Shown: positions 44,992-55,555, numbered from the stretch's first letter. The stretch: DNA of 64,000 bases from Candidatus Xenobia bacterium (GCA_045863235.1 BTUM01000044.1:1-64000), one strand, 5' to 3'. The notes: a model not told the origin generated them from the letters alone. Numbers and translations: made by a program.

Positions 44992-46431
44992 TCAACTGTC
45001 CTGAGAAGGACGCGGCACGGGCAATCCAGGCCCGTCCTTGCTGAGAAAATCGACCCCGGTTCGGCGAGTGGCCCTCTCTACCATCTCGCGCGCGATGCGG
45101 TTGGCTTCCTGCCAGGTCTTCTCCTCGGAAAGATGGACCAGTCGACCGTTTTCGACCACTACCTGGCCGTCTACCACCGAAAAGTCGACGATGTGGCTGT
45201 CGCCGCAGAAGACGACGGCGGCCACCGGGTCGTGGAGCGCCCCGGCATAGCCCAGGCGGCGCAGCGAGATGCCGATCAGGTCGGCCCCCTTGCCCACCGC
45301 CAGCTGGCCCAGGTCGGAATAGCCCAGCACCCGCGCGCCGCCTCGCGTGGCCAGCATCAAAGCCCGCTCGGCGGTCATGGAGGCAACCCCGGTGCGGTGG
45401 CGATGGATCAGCATGCAGGTTCGCACTTCCCCCAGCATATCCGAGGAATCATTGGAAGCCGAGCCGTCCACGCCCAGCCCCACGGGCACGTCGGCGGCGA
45501 TCATCTCGGGAATGGGCGCGATGCCTGAGCCCAGGCGAAGGTTGCTGACCGGACAGTGGGCCACTCCCGTGCCGGTGGCAGCGGAACGCTCGATCTCGTT
45601 CTGGTTGAGGTAGACGCAGTGGGCATACCAGATGTCCGGCCCGACCCAGCCCAGGCTCTCCATCAGGTCGAAGGGGCGCATCTTGTAGATTTCCTGGCAG
45701 TAGGCGTCCTCGTCGGCCGTCTCGGCCAGGTGGGTGTGGCAGCGCACCCCGTAGCGACGGGCCAGCTGCACCGTGTCACGCAAGACCTCAGAGGTCACCG
45801 AGAAGGGCGAGCAGGGAGCCAGGGCGATCTTGATGCGGCCGAGAGGGTCCGGGTCGTGGTAGGTGTGGATGACCCGCTCGGAGTCGGCCAGGATGGCTTC
45901 CTCGGTCTGCACCACCTCGTCGGGGGGCAAGCCGCCCTGGCTCTTGCCGCGCGACATCGAGCCCCGGGTGGGCTGAAAGCGAATTCCGATCTCGCGGGCG
46001 GCCCGGATCTGCTCGTCGAAGAGATTCTCGGGGCAGCCCCTGGGGAAGACATAGAAGTGGTCGGTGGTGGTGGTGCAGCCCGTCAGCAGGAGCTCTCCCA
46101 GGCCCACGAGGGTCCCGTAATAGAGCGCTTCGGGGGTCAGCTCGCGCCAGATCTCGTAGAGGTGAACCAGCCAGGGAAAGAGTTCGGATTCCTGGACCCG
46201 GGGCACATTGCGGGTCAGGGTTTGATACATGTGGTGATGGCAGTTCACCATGCCCGGCATGACCAGCATGTCGGTGGCGTCCAGCTTACGGTCTGCTTCG
46301 GGTGCCTGGGAGGCTGGTCCGATCCACTCGATGCGATTGTCGCGAATCAGGATGCTGGCCTGGCTCAATCGGGTGAAGCGATCGTCGAAGGTAGCCAGGG
46401 TGGAAGCGTTGTCGATCAAAAGGGTGCCCAT
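44992..46431 (-). CDS. Amidohydrolase, 8-oxoguanine deaminase / AtzB-like
   Basis: PGMVNCHHHMYQTLTR, LAPCSPFSV, HTHLAET, HCPVSN, GLGVDGSASND. Confidence 0.92.
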   Translation of the reverse strand: MGTLLIDNASTLATFDDRFTRLSQASILIRDNRIEWIGPASQAPEADRKLDATDMLVMPGMVNCHHHMYQTLTRNVPRVQESELFPWLVHLYEIWRELTPEALYYGTLVGLGELLLTGCTTTTDHFYVFPRGCPENLFDEQIRAAREIGIRFQPTRGSMSRGKSQGGLPPDEVVQTEEAILADSERVIHTYHDPDPLGRIKIALAPCSPFSVTSEVLRDTVQLARRYGVRCHTHLAETADEDAYCQEIYKMRPFDLMESLGWVGPDIWYAHCVYLNQNEIERSAATGTGVAHCPVSNLRLGSGIAPIPEMIAADVPVGLGVDGSASNDSSDMLGEVRTCMLIHRHRTGVASMTAERALMLATRGGARVLGYSDLGQLAVGKGADLIGISLRRLGYAGALHDPVAAVVFCGDSHIVDFSVVDGQVVVENGRLVHLSEEKTWQEANRIAREMVERATRRTGVDFLSKDGPGLPVPRPSQDS

Positions 46432-46514
46432 GGGCAGGCGGCTTCGAAGCCCTGGCAAGGCGAACCTCCCGGGGAGCGGTAGGCGAACGCTGGCCCGAGG
46501 AGAATGAACAGGCC

Positions 46515-47408
46515 ATGACCACCATCATGATCCCCACCGAAGACCAGGGGGAGGTTGTCGACGCGCGCCGCATCAAGCTGTTGGCCGGTGTCGGTGGAGC
46601 TCTTTTCCTGGTGATGGTGATCTTTCTGTGGGCCCTCTGGCCATCCCAGAAGAAGCCCAGCCCGCAGGGCACGCCCATGGCGTCGGCCACAGGAGCATCC
46701 ACCGGAAGCCAACCCGAGAACCAGGACCCGCTCGAGTTCGTAGCCGCGGCCAAACCGCCCCTGGTGCAGCGCTCCCCTCGGCCCGAAACAGACGGGCCGG
46801 AGCGACCGAGTGATTCCGGCACCCCCACCAGCGAGCCAACCGAAGACCCCACCGCCTGGTCCAAGGCTGACAACGTCACCGTTTACTCCAAGCACGGGCT
46901 GAATCAGCCGGTGGTGCGCACCCTGGCCCAGGGTGAGCGCGTGCTGTGGGTCAAAGATTACCAGAACTGGTCGCAGGTGCGGCTGCTGGGCAAGGGGGAG
47001 GGCTGGGTGGAGAGCAAGAACCTGGTGTTCACCCAGCCTGCTTTCGCCAAGAACCAGACTCCCGAGGAGGCTCGCCAGGCCCTGGCCGACTTCTACGCCG
47101 AGGTGGGTCGCAAGGAGTATGCCGTGGCCTACGAGCGCCTCTCGGCCGACTGGCAGGCCGAGCTCCCCTTCAAGGACTTCGTGAAAGGCTTCTCCCAGGT
47201 GCGAAGCCTGGATGTCCAGCTGGGCGAGACCGAGGTCACCTCGGGCGTCTCGGTGCGCCAGCACGTCGTCATCGACGCTGATGAGGAAGCGCGCCCACGA
47301 CGCTTTCGAGGCACCTACACCCTGGAATACCGCCCTATCGAGTGGAAGCTGACCAGCGGGATCCTGGAGGAGGGGGGGGCGCCCACCTCCTCGGCCCCGG
47401 GGCTCTGA
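46515..47408 (+). CDS. Membrane-anchored SH3b-domain protein
   Basis: Single TM helix, Pro/Thr/Glu linker, LAQGERV..WSQVR..EGWV, C-terminal NTF2-like AYERLS..W. Confidence 0.75.
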   Translation: MTTIMIPTEDQGEVVDARRIKLLAGVGGALFLVMVIFLWALWPSQKKPSPQGTPMASATGASTGSQPENQDPLEFVAAAKPPLVQRSPRPETDGPERPSDSGTPTSEPTEDPTAWSKADNVTVYSKHGLNQPVVRTLAQGERVLWVKDYQNWSQVRLLGKGEGWVESKNLVFTQPAFAKNQTPEEARQALADFYAEVGRKEYAVAYERLSADWQAELPFKDFVKGFSQVRSLDVQLGETEVTSGVSVRQHVVIDADEEARPRRFRGTYTLEYRPIEWKLTSGILEEGGAPTSSAPGL

Positions 47409-47410
47409 TC

Positions 47411-48046
47411 GTGCGACTCGAGCTCGAGCTTGACACGGCCACCGAGCTGCTGCTCAAAGCCCTGGCGCGGCTGGGCTGGGCCGGCCTGCTGGTGCTGGGG
47501 GCCACCTGGTTGGTGTGGCCCACCCTCCCGCTGGGCGGCCCGGTGGCTCTCACGGCTCTCGTGAGCTCGGCCCTGAGTCTGCTGGCCTGGGCGCTCAACG
47601 AGCTCTACGTGCTCGACCTGGGCGAGCGTCGTCTGGTCTACATCTCGCGCTTGTTTGCCCACCAGCGCGAGCAGTCGTTCCCCTTTCAGGAGATTCTGGC
47701 CACATCGCTGGTCACCACCGCCTCCCGCGGAGTCCGGGGAGGTCAGGTGCAACACCTGTCGGCTCCCTGTCTGGTCACCCGGGCCGGTCAGGTGCTGCGC
47801 GTGGGTGACTTCCAGGCCTGTTCGAAGGCTCACCAGCGTGCCCGGGAGCTGGCCGAGCAGGTGGAATGTCCGTTCCACGACCCCGGCCCGGGACGCTCGC
47901 TGAGGGTGATCCCCACCGGCTCGGTGGTCGAGCTAGGCGATGCTCCGGCTCGCCCCTCGCTGGGCGAGCGCGTGACCCTGGCCTGGAGCCTGGCTCTGTT
48001 TGCCTGGTTCTGCCTGCTCCTGCTGGCGCTCTCCCGGCCCGGCTGA
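47411..48046 (+). CDS. Hypothetical membrane protein
   Basis: Three hydrophobic segments; GTG 2 nt after the upstream stop. Confidence 0.7.
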   Translation: MRLELELDTATELLLKALARLGWAGLLVLGATWLVWPTLPLGGPVALTALVSSALSLLAWALNELYVLDLGERRLVYISRLFAHQREQSFPFQEILATSLVTTASRGVRGGQVQHLSAPCLVTRAGQVLRVGDFQACSKAHQRARELAEQVECPFHDPGPGRSLRVIPTGSVVELGDAPARPSLGERVTLAWSLALFAWFCLLLLALSRPG

Positions 48047-48065
48047 CCCGGTCAACAGGAGCCAG

Positions 48066-51000
48066 CTACTCGGGTTTCACGTGAGGATTCTGCTCGGGGT
48101 CGGCTTTACTCAAGATTGGCCGGCGACCCGGGCTGAAGGGCGTGTTGGAGCTCTCTCCCGTGGGGAACTCGGTGCGCCCGGAGGGCCGCCCGAACTCGGT
48201 GCGACCGGGGCGCGAAGGCGGCAAAGGCTCGTCTTCCGTATGGGGGATGCCCACTGAGGCGAGCTCGTCATCCAGGCTGGTGGGCTCGGTGACCGCAGGT
48301 GGCGGGGGCGGCGTTGGCGGAGTCGGAGTGGGTGGGGCGCTCGCCGGCGGGGGCGCGGCCGGAGGCCTGGGGGTGCTGGGCGGAACCGCTGTGGGGGGCT
48401 TGCCGGGCAAGGAGCTGAGCGGTTTGTTGGCCGCCAGGGTGGACGGAACCGGCTTGCCGGGCAGGCCGCTCAGAGGCTTGCTTCCGAACGAGCTGAGCGA
48501 AGGCGGCTTGGACGGGCCTGCGCCCAGCGGCTTCTGCACCGATGCCGTGAGGGAGGGCGCCGAGGGGGGCTTCACCTCGGGCGGGGCGGCGGTGGGTGGC
48601 TTGACGGTGGGCGGAGTGAGACCGCCCGGCTTGGGGACACCGAGCAAACCCGAGCTGGGCGGTTTGACGGTGCCCGAGGGCGGATTGGAGAAACTGGGGG
48701 CCTTGACCACGGTGGAGGGTGGCCCGGCCTCAAAGGAGGGAGCGTTCGGCACTTCCATGGAGGGCTCAACCGTGGGCGGGGCCGCGGCGAATGAGGGTGG
48801 CTTCAACGAGGGCGGCGTGCCGGGCACGGCCTCGCCCGCGGGCTCTTCCTCCTCGTGGGCGATGGGGCCCTTGATCTGGCTGGTGAGCTCGAGCGAGGAG
48901 GTGTCGGGCACCTGACCACCCCACTGGTTGCGCAGCTTCTTCGCCAGGGAGGTAACTCGCTCGAGCAGGTTGCGCCCGACCTCCAGCCGCTCCTCGCCCG
49001 GGATTTCATCCAACTCGAACGGCTCCACGCCCAGCTCTTCCAGCTTCGCAAAGACGCTGGCCATCTCCGCCTTGGGGTCGAGGAAGTACAGGCTCCCGCG
49101 CAGGCGGATGAAGCGCCATCCCATCCGGGTCAGCACCACTTCACGGTAGATGTCGGCCGGCAGCTTCTCAGGCGGGTACTCGCTCTCTCCGTAGCACTTG
49201 ATGGCGACCCGGCCGCCCTTGCCCTCCACGATCAGGTCGAGCTGATAGGAGCCCACCGGCTGGTGGATGTTGACCCGATAGCCGGCCTTGCGCAGCCATT
49301 CGCCCACCTTGTGGTGGAACTCGAAGTCGGCTCGGGAGGTGGCCCCGGCGGCAGCTCGCTCGACCTCGGTGGGCGGGGGCGCCAGGGTCGAGGGATCGCG
49401 GGCAAAGCGGATGATCATTTCGCGCAGGTCACCCTGCTTGAGATGCTTGACTGGATCGAGCGAGTGCACGACCCACATCTGGTCGCGGGCGCGGCTGGCA
49501 GCAACGTTGAAGCGTTTGATGAAGACATCGGAGCGTCGGATGGCGACCGGGCCGTCTCCCTCGGGGGCGTCCACCATCGAAAGGAAGATGACGTCTCGCT
49601 CGTCGCCCTGGAACTGGGCGGCATTACCGCAGACGATGCGACGCCGCCGATACTCGGTCAGGGGCAGGTGCTGCACCAACAGCCGGTCGATCAGCTTGGC
49701 CTGATCGTCGCCCACCAGGGTCACCACGCCCATCGTGCAGTGAGCATACTCCGGCTGCATGGTGGCGGCCACCAGCAAGGAGGCCACCTCCAGCGCCTCG
49801 GGCTCATTCACCTTCCGGTCAGAGGTCGCTTCGGCGAGATAGTGCGAGACCGTGGGCGGGGTCACCTTGACCCCATAGCCCTCTCGCAGCGGCAACACTT
49901 CGTAGTCGTAGCAGAGGGCGTTCGAGAAGGCGATGATCTCCGGCACCGAGCGGAAGTGCTCCAGCAGGCGCAGGCTGCCTCCAAACGACTGGCGCGCCAG
50001 GTCGTAGACCGAGGTGGTGCCGTCGTAAAGCTCGCGGTTGGGAATGTCGGACAGGAACTCGTCCGAAAGCGCCTTGGCGAAATGCTGCGCCTGGCCCACG
50101 CCTTCGGGGCTGACCTGCTGGTGGTCGCCCACCACCAGGACCTGCTTGCCCAGCGCCAGGGCGGTCAAACCGCGCAGGTCGCACTGGCTGGCCTCGTCCA
50201 GGACCACCACGTCGAAGCTTGACTGGCCTGGTTGGAAGCTTTCGGCCACCTTGGACAGGGGCATGATCCAGACCGGCACCGATTCACGGCACTCGGCCAG
50301 GCTCTCGCGGGCGGTGGCGCGCAGCTCGGCGGCCCGCTTTCCGCTTCCTGCACCCACCTTGCGCATCAGGTCGAGCCAGCCGACCAGGGCCTGCTGCTGA
50401 CGAACTCCGGTTCGCCGCAGCTGGGCCGCCCAGGCCTGGTTCTCGACGTAGCGCACCGAGGTCTCTTGCAGCGCGTCGCGCAGGCGGGTGCACTCCTTAT
50501 GCAACTCGTCCAGGTCTTCCTGGCCGATCGCCTTGAGGGCCAGCTCCCAGCTCTTGTGTTTCCAGGCCCTGGCCGCATCGCCCGGGGGACGGCCCTGATC
50601 GTGGGGAGGCATGCGCTGGCGGATGGCCTCCGCCCAGTCGGGTGCAGCCTTTCTCAGCAGCTCCAGCAACTGCTTGCGCCGCTCGTACTTCTCCACATGG
50701 CGGGTCAGGTCGGCCACCCGGTTCCAGGCTGCCGCGTAGCCCTGCGCGTCCCGGTCGTTGGCAGCCTTCTTGAGCTTGTAGCCAAGCGTGGTCGGGTTCT
50801 GGGAGGAAGGCGACTCGCTCAGGTAGTCCAGCATCATCTGGAAGCGCGCAAACAGTGGGCGCCATTCGAGCTGGTCCATACGCCGGTTGATGCCGGGCTC
50901 CACCACCTGGGCCAGGGCCATCTTGATGCGCAAAAGGTCGCCGCCCTGCTCCGGGCTGGGTGGCACCGCCTCGAGCACCTTGTCCCAGGCAACCGAGCAC

Positions 51001-53195
51001 TTGTGCAGCGCCTTCTCCACGGGCCCGAAGAACTCCACCAGCCAGTTGAGCGCCAGTCGGACCTGTTTGGCATACTGCTGACAGACCTGCTCGGGATGCT
51101 CTCCCAACTGCTCGGAGGTGGGCACCCCCCGGCCCATCATCTGGCGGTCCCAGCGCCGCCTGAGCCCTTCGCGGCGGATGCGCAGCTGCAATAAGGCGTG
51201 CAAGGCCTGGAAGTGGTCCAGGGTGCTGGGGCGCACTCCGTCCACTCGGGCCGAATCCAGGAATTTCTTCCAGTTGGGCTTGAGCAGCGTTTGCTGCCAG
51301 CCGACCGAGCGACCCGACTCGACCAGGGCGATCAGGGCCGTGCAGATCTTCTCGGCTTCCGAGTCGGGCATATCGGTGTTGAGCTGGGGGCCGGCCTGGA
51401 AGACGCGTCGCTCCAGGCTGGCGGTCTCGGCCACCACTTTCTCGACGTAGTCGGCCAGGTCTTCCCACGACTGACGGTACTCCTCGCCTACCCGCACTGA
51501 CCAGGCGCAGTCCAGAAACCAGGGCTCGGCGCCCGACAGCGACTCCAGGGCAGCCCGGGTCACCTTCAGCAAAGACTGCAGGTCTTCCGGATCTTGCTGG
51601 TCGTTGGCCCAGATCACCCCCGGATCGCTTGGGTTGGGACCCAGTCGGGCCTCCAACTCGAGCATGTGGCGCAGGCGGTTCTCGGACACAATGCGGTCCA
51701 GGGGCGGCAGGTTGCCGGCTAGCTCCTTCTCGTCGATGAGCGAAAACGTGTCGTGGAAGCTGTAGAGCTCGGTCAACTCGTCCGAGCTGAGCGGCAGGGG
51801 AGCCCCGGGCTCGACGCTGCCGGGGATCCAGTCGTGCACACCCCGTCCTTCGGCCACCGCGCGCGCGGCAGTGACCGGGTGGATGGCCTCGGCGCCCAGC
51901 AGTCCGCTGGTGGAGTATTCCTGGCGGCACGAGTCCAACAAGCGCTGCTCGGCCTGGCGCAGCCGCTCCTTCAGCTCTTGTCGGCGTCGTTCGTAGGACT
52001 CGGCCAACCGGGTCATCTCCTCGGGATCGCTATGCGTGAAGCGGTCCACGATGCCCTTGACGGAGATTTCCAGTTGCTCGCGGCTCTCCTGGTCGTTGTC
52101 GAGCACGCTGACGCAGAGGGGACGAAGGGCCGGGCTGACCATGCCGCGCAGAACTCGGAGGGCTTTGGTGGTGTGGCTGGTGATCAGCACGGTCTTGCCC
52201 TCGGCCAGCAGATGGCCGATCAGGTTGGCAATGGTGTGCGTCTTCCCCGTGCCAGGCGGCCCCTGGACCAGCACGCAGCCCATCTTGTCCAGTCGCTCTC
52301 CCACTCGCTCCTGCTCCGGATTGGACGGCAGGGTGTAGAGCAGCTCGAAGGGTCGGTCGCCCGAGCGAGCCGGAGCCCGGTCGTCGATCCCCACGATGCG
52401 AACCAGGGCGGGGGGCAGTTCATTCAGGCCTGGCAAGACTTCCAGGAAGCCTTCGATGGCCTGAGTCAGTCCCAGGTGGCGCTGTCCGAGGTAGATGACC
52501 GCTTCCGAGGCCAGCCAGGGCCTCCCCTGAGGAGGAGCCGACAGCCCGCCCGGACCCACGTAGTTGATGCCCAGAATCTTGGCCAGGCCTTCCAGCAAGA
52601 CCTGAGGACCGCTCTCGTAGGTATGGGCCTCCAGAAAGCGGCGACAACTGCCGATGCGATTGCCATCCACCCCCGACCAGTGCAACACGGCCGAATAGAG
52701 CTCGGCGCCCCGGTCGGCTTCGCGGAGAGTAAACTCGGGAATCTCCGGGTTGAAGTCGAGCGACAAGCTCCAGACTGCCAGCGGGTGGTAGACGGTGCCC
52801 TTGCCCGAGGTCCAGGCCAGCACGGCCTGGCCGAACATCAGCTCATAACGGTCGGATTCGCGCTCAAGCAGACGCCAGACTTCGAGCAGGCGGTCGAAGA
52901 GCTGACGCGCGCCGCGGTCGGTCGGCGTGGCGGCCTCTGGACGAGCGGGGGGAGTGGGACGGCGCACCTTGAGGACGAAGTCACTGGAAGGATCGTCAAG
53001 CCCGGGCGTGGGCACAGGAATGCGCCCCACCACGATACACGGATGCCTGGGCAGGTCGGAAATGCGCAGCCCCCACGGATGATCCTTGAGGTGGATCCTC
53101 GGTGGGTGGGCAGCCTGCTGCAATCCGGACAAAAAGCGGAATAGCCGGAAGATCCGGTCCCGCGCCAGGGCCTGTTCTTCGTGCGAGAGTGCCAT
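48066..53195 (-). CDS. UPF1/DNA2-like SF1 helicase with Vsr/DUF559-like nuclease domain and Pro-rich tail
   Basis: VQGPPGTGKT, VVLDEASQ, VGDHQQ, EHFRS, FQGDERD, NVAASRAR; then VGSYQLDL..VAIKCYGE..GWRFIRL; about 250-aa P/S/T tail. Confidence 0.9.
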   Translation of the reverse strand: MALSHEEQALARDRIFRLFRFLSGLQQAAHPPRIHLKDHPWGLRISDLPRHPCIVVGRIPVPTPGLDDPSSDFVLKVRRPTPPARPEAATPTDRGARQLFDRLLEVWRLLERESDRYELMFGQAVLAWTSGKGTVYHPLAVWSLSLDFNPEIPEFTLREADRGAELYSAVLHWSGVDGNRIGSCRRFLEAHTYESGPQVLLEGLAKILGINYVGPGGLSAPPQGRPWLASEAVIYLGQRHLGLTQAIEGFLEVLPGLNELPPALVRIVGIDDRAPARSGDRPFELLYTLPSNPEQERVGERLDKMGCVLVQGPPGTGKTHTIANLIGHLLAEGKTVLITSHTTKALRVLRGMVSPALRPLCVSVLDNDQESREQLEISVKGIVDRFTHSDPEEMTRLAESYERRRQELKERLRQAEQRLLDSCRQEYSTSGLLGAEAIHPVTAARAVAEGRGVHDWIPGSVEPGAPLPLSSDELTELYSFHDTFSLIDEKELAGNLPPLDRIVSENRLRHMLELEARLGPNPSDPGVIWANDQQDPEDLQSLLKVTRAALESLSGAEPWFLDCAWSVRVGEEYRQSWEDLADYVEKVVAETASLERRVFQAGPQLNTDMPDSEAEKICTALIALVESGRSVGWQQTLLKPNWKKFLDSARVDGVRPSTLDHFQALHALLQLRIRREGLRRRWDRQMMGRGVPTSEQLGEHPEQVCQQYAKQVRLALNWLVEFFGPVEKALHKCSVAWDKVLEAVPPSPEQGGDLLRIKMALAQVVEPGINRRMDQLEWRPLFARFQMMLDYLSESPSSQNPTTLGYKLKKAANDRDAQGYAAAWNRVADLTRHVEKYERRKQLLELLRKAAPDWAEAIRQRMPPHDQGRPPGDAARAWKHKSWELALKAIGQEDLDELHKECTRLRDALQETSVRYVENQAWAAQLRRTGVRQQQALVGWLDLMRKVGAGSGKRAAELRATARESLAECRESVPVWIMPLSKVAESFQPGQSSFDVVVLDEASQCDLRGLTALALGKQVLVVGDHQQVSPEGVGQAQHFAKALSDEFLSDIPNRELYDGTTSVYDLARQSFGGSLRLLEHFRSVPEIIAFSNALCYDYEVLPLREGYGVKVTPPTVSHYLAEATSDRKVNEPEALEVASLLVAATMQPEYAHCTMGVVTLVGDDQAKLIDRLLVQHLPLTEYRRRRIVCGNAAQFQGDERDVIFLSMVDAPEGDGPVAIRRSDVFIKRFNVAASRARDQMWVVHSLDPVKHLKQGDLREMIIRFARDPSTLAPPPTEVERAAAGATSRADFEFHHKVGEWLRKAGYRVNIHQPVGSYQLDLIVEGKGGRVAIKCYGESEYPPEKLPADIYREVVLTRMGWRFIRLRGSLYFLDPKAEMASVFAKLEELGVEPFELDEIPGEERLEVGRNLLERVTSLAKKLRNQWGGQVPDTSSLELTSQIKGPIAHEEEEPAGEAVPGTPPSLKPPSFAAAPPTVEPSMEVPNAPSFEAGPPSTVVKAPSFSNPPSGTVKPPSSGLLGVPKPGGLTPPTVKPPTAAPPEVKPPSAPSLTASVQKPLGAGPSKPPSLSSFGSKPLSGLPGKPVPSTLAANKPLSSLPGKPPTAVPPSTPRPPAAPPPASAPPTPTPPTPPPPPAVTEPTSLDDELASVGIPHTEDEPLPPSRPGRTEFGRPSGRTEFPTGESSNTPFSPGRRPILSKADPEQNPHVKPE

Positions 53196-53314
53196 CGGCT
53201 AGATATGAATATTCTTCTTGCTGTGCGGGTACACCTTTGCCACTGAGCCAGTTCGGCGGTAGTTACCGGGTGACCTGCGCGGCCTGACAAGAATTCCCTG
53301 GGGGGAACGTTCAA

Positions 53315-55555
53315 TCATGCTTTGGCCGGAGATGGGGCAGGGCCCGCTCGACTCTGGCCCGAGCCCAGGAAGCCCCCGCGGGGCTCCTTGCGACGGGGCT
53401 GATAGCGCACCCCCTGGATCATGTCCAGCAGACGCACCTGGGTGCCCGGGTTCTCGCGGAAGAAGCGAGCCAGATCGGCTCGGGCGATGTGGTAGAGCTG
53501 GCATCTTTCCTCGGCTCGGGCTCCGAATCGGTGACGTTCTACGTGCAGGAAGCGGTCCGGCTCGCCCACCAGCCCGCCTCGGCCCACCATGAGCGACTCT
53601 CCGTCCGGGGTCGTGACCCGGACGCATCCCTGGTCGACCAGGAAGTAGCGCGTCACCGGGTCGTTGGGCTTGAACAGCCAGCTTCCGGCGGCCGCCTCCT
53701 CGTGCTTGAGCAAGATGGTGAGCTGGTTCTTCTGCAGTGCCGTCATCTGGCGCAGCACGCGATTGGCATCGAAGAGCTCCCAACTTCCCAGCACCCGGTT
53801 CTCAGCCAGGCGGCGGAACATGCTGGGCAGGTCAGTATCCCGGATGAAGGCCAGAAAATCCCGCCGCTCCATCCACAGGAGCTCGACCGGGGTGCGGGTG
53901 ACCAGGTCGGCGGCCCGCCCTTCCTGCAAGATCAAGGCTCTTTCCCCGAAGTAGTCGTAGCGTCCAAAGATATAGCGATGCTGCTGATCGGGGATGATCT
54001 CCACCTCGCCCGACATGACCATGTAGAAACGGTCGCCGCGCTCGCCTTTGCGGAAAATCGTGGTTCCGGCCGGAAGCTCCAGATAGTGGGTGATCTGCAT
54101 GAACTCGTGAGCCCGCTCCAGCGGCATGGAGCGGAACATGTCGATGTGGGCCAGCACGTCCAGCATCTTCTGGGCCATGCTGGTGTTGGGGGGATCGACG
54201 GGCACCACGATGGTGTGCTCCGGCCCGGGGGGAGCCAGGCGCAGCCCCTGGTCGGGGGGGATGGAAGACTCCGAGACGTGCACCAGATAGAGCCTGGATT
54301 TGACCTCCTCGGGCAGGTCAGCCAGCACCTCCAGGGGGGTGTGGATGGGGGGCACGCCGGCCTCGTGGAACAGGACGTCCAGGTGCCAGGGAAAATCGAG
54401 CAGAGTGCGCTTGCGCGCTTCGCTGAGATAGCCTTCCTGGTGCAGGTCGGCCAGCCGGACCGGGTCATAGAGCGTGTCGCAGGAGTAAGCAAAGCCCTTG
54501 CCCTGATACTCGACCTTGAAGCCCAGCGTGGGAATGGGGTGAAAGGTGTAGTGGAAGGTGAACATTGCTCCGGCAATGCGGAAGGGCTGACCGATGATGA
54601 CGGGCCGGAAGGCGAACAGGCTGCTCAACTCTCCGCGGGTCAGGCCGGTCAGGGCCGAGTACTTGGTCAAGAAGCTCTGCATCACGGTTTCGGTCGAATG
54701 CAGCCGAACGCGCCCCTCCTCGAGCAGTTTTTGCATGGTGCCCGAGTCGTGGTCAGCGTGGCAGTGGGTCAAGACGACGTCCTGGATGAGCCGATTGTTG
54801 ATTCCGTTCGCCCTCATCCAGGCCGTGCTGTTGACCGGTGGGTCTACCATGACGCCCTTCTGGTCCATCCAGAGGATGAACCCGGAGGTGCTGGTGGCGG
54901 CGTCAAAGCCGTGTCCGCTGCCAATCACGGTGACGCCGAAGACCGGAGGCTTCCAGAGAGGCCCGGGAGCCTCTGCCTCGCTCTGGGGCCGGGCTGAGCG
55001 ATAGCCGAAGACGATCTCCTGCGATTGGCCGTCCTTCTCGAATCGATACGAGTTGGGGGCCAGCCGGGTCAGCAGGGTGCCGTCGACGCGCACCTGATCG
55101 AGCTCGTCGAAAGTCAGCACGTCCAGAAAGTGCTTCAGGCGCAGCTGCCCGTAATCGGGGTCCTTCTTGAAGAAGGACATCTCAAGCTCGAGATCGGGAA
55201 AGTCAGGCGCGTGCCGTCCCTCGGGAAACTCCTGCTCGAGGTAGAGCCGGCGGGGCCCGAAGAGGGCCTCGCAGAGCACCCTCAAGATGCGACGCACCTG
55301 GTTGCGCCGACAAATGAGCCTCAGTTTGCGGCGCTGCACGTAGAAGTTGAAGTAGAGCGGGAACTCTAACTCGGCGGCGCTGACCCCGGCCTCGGTATCG
55401 AACAGGAGGTCAGGCAAGAGGTAGAGGTCGGGAACACCCTCGCCCAGGAGCATCGTGTCCTTGATGGTCTCGGGATAGGCGCCCACTTGCATGCGGATCC
55501 CCGCCCCCGAGACCAGCAGCCCTCCGCGGTTCAGCTCCTCTAGCTTCAGGAACAT
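53315..55555 (-). CDS. Metallo-beta-lactamase-fold protein with two cNMP-binding domains (PdeD/PdeE-like phosphodiesterase)
   Basis: IGSGHGFD, THCHADHD, YSCDT, HEAG..PIHT, LVH; GERGDRFYMVMSGEV..FGERAL..RAA; second CNB LVGE. Confidence 0.85.
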   Translation of the reverse strand: MFLKLEELNRGGLLVSGAGIRMQVGAYPETIKDTMLLGEGVPDLYLLPDLLFDTEAGVSAAELEFPLYFNFYVQRRKLRLICRRNQVRRILRVLCEALFGPRRLYLEQEFPEGRHAPDFPDLELEMSFFKKDPDYGQLRLKHFLDVLTFDELDQVRVDGTLLTRLAPNSYRFEKDGQSQEIVFGYRSARPQSEAEAPGPLWKPPVFGVTVIGSGHGFDAATSTSGFILWMDQKGVMVDPPVNSTAWMRANGINNRLIQDVVLTHCHADHDSGTMQKLLEEGRVRLHSTETVMQSFLTKYSALTGLTRGELSSLFAFRPVIIGQPFRIAGAMFTFHYTFHPIPTLGFKVEYQGKGFAYSCDTLYDPVRLADLHQEGYLSEARKRTLLDFPWHLDVLFHEAGVPPIHTPLEVLADLPEEVKSRLYLVHVSESSIPPDQGLRLAPPGPEHTIVVPVDPPNTSMAQKMLDVLAHIDMFRSMPLERAHEFMQITHYLELPAGTTIFRKGERGDRFYMVMSGEVEIIPDQQHRYIFGRYDYFGERALILQEGRAADLVTRTPVELLWMERRDFLAFIRDTDLPSMFRRLAENRVLGSWELFDANRVLRQMTALQKNQLTILLKHEEAAAGSWLFKPNDPVTRYFLVDQGCVRVTTPDGESLMVGRGGLVGEPDRFLHVERHRFGARAEERCQLYHIARADLARFFRENPGTQVRLLDMIQGVRYQPRRKEPRGGFLGSGQSRAGPAPSPAKA

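Noticed and set aside
48142..48915. Gly-rich 257-aa plus-strand ORF
   Set aside because: Antisense reading of the helicase's proline-rich tail.
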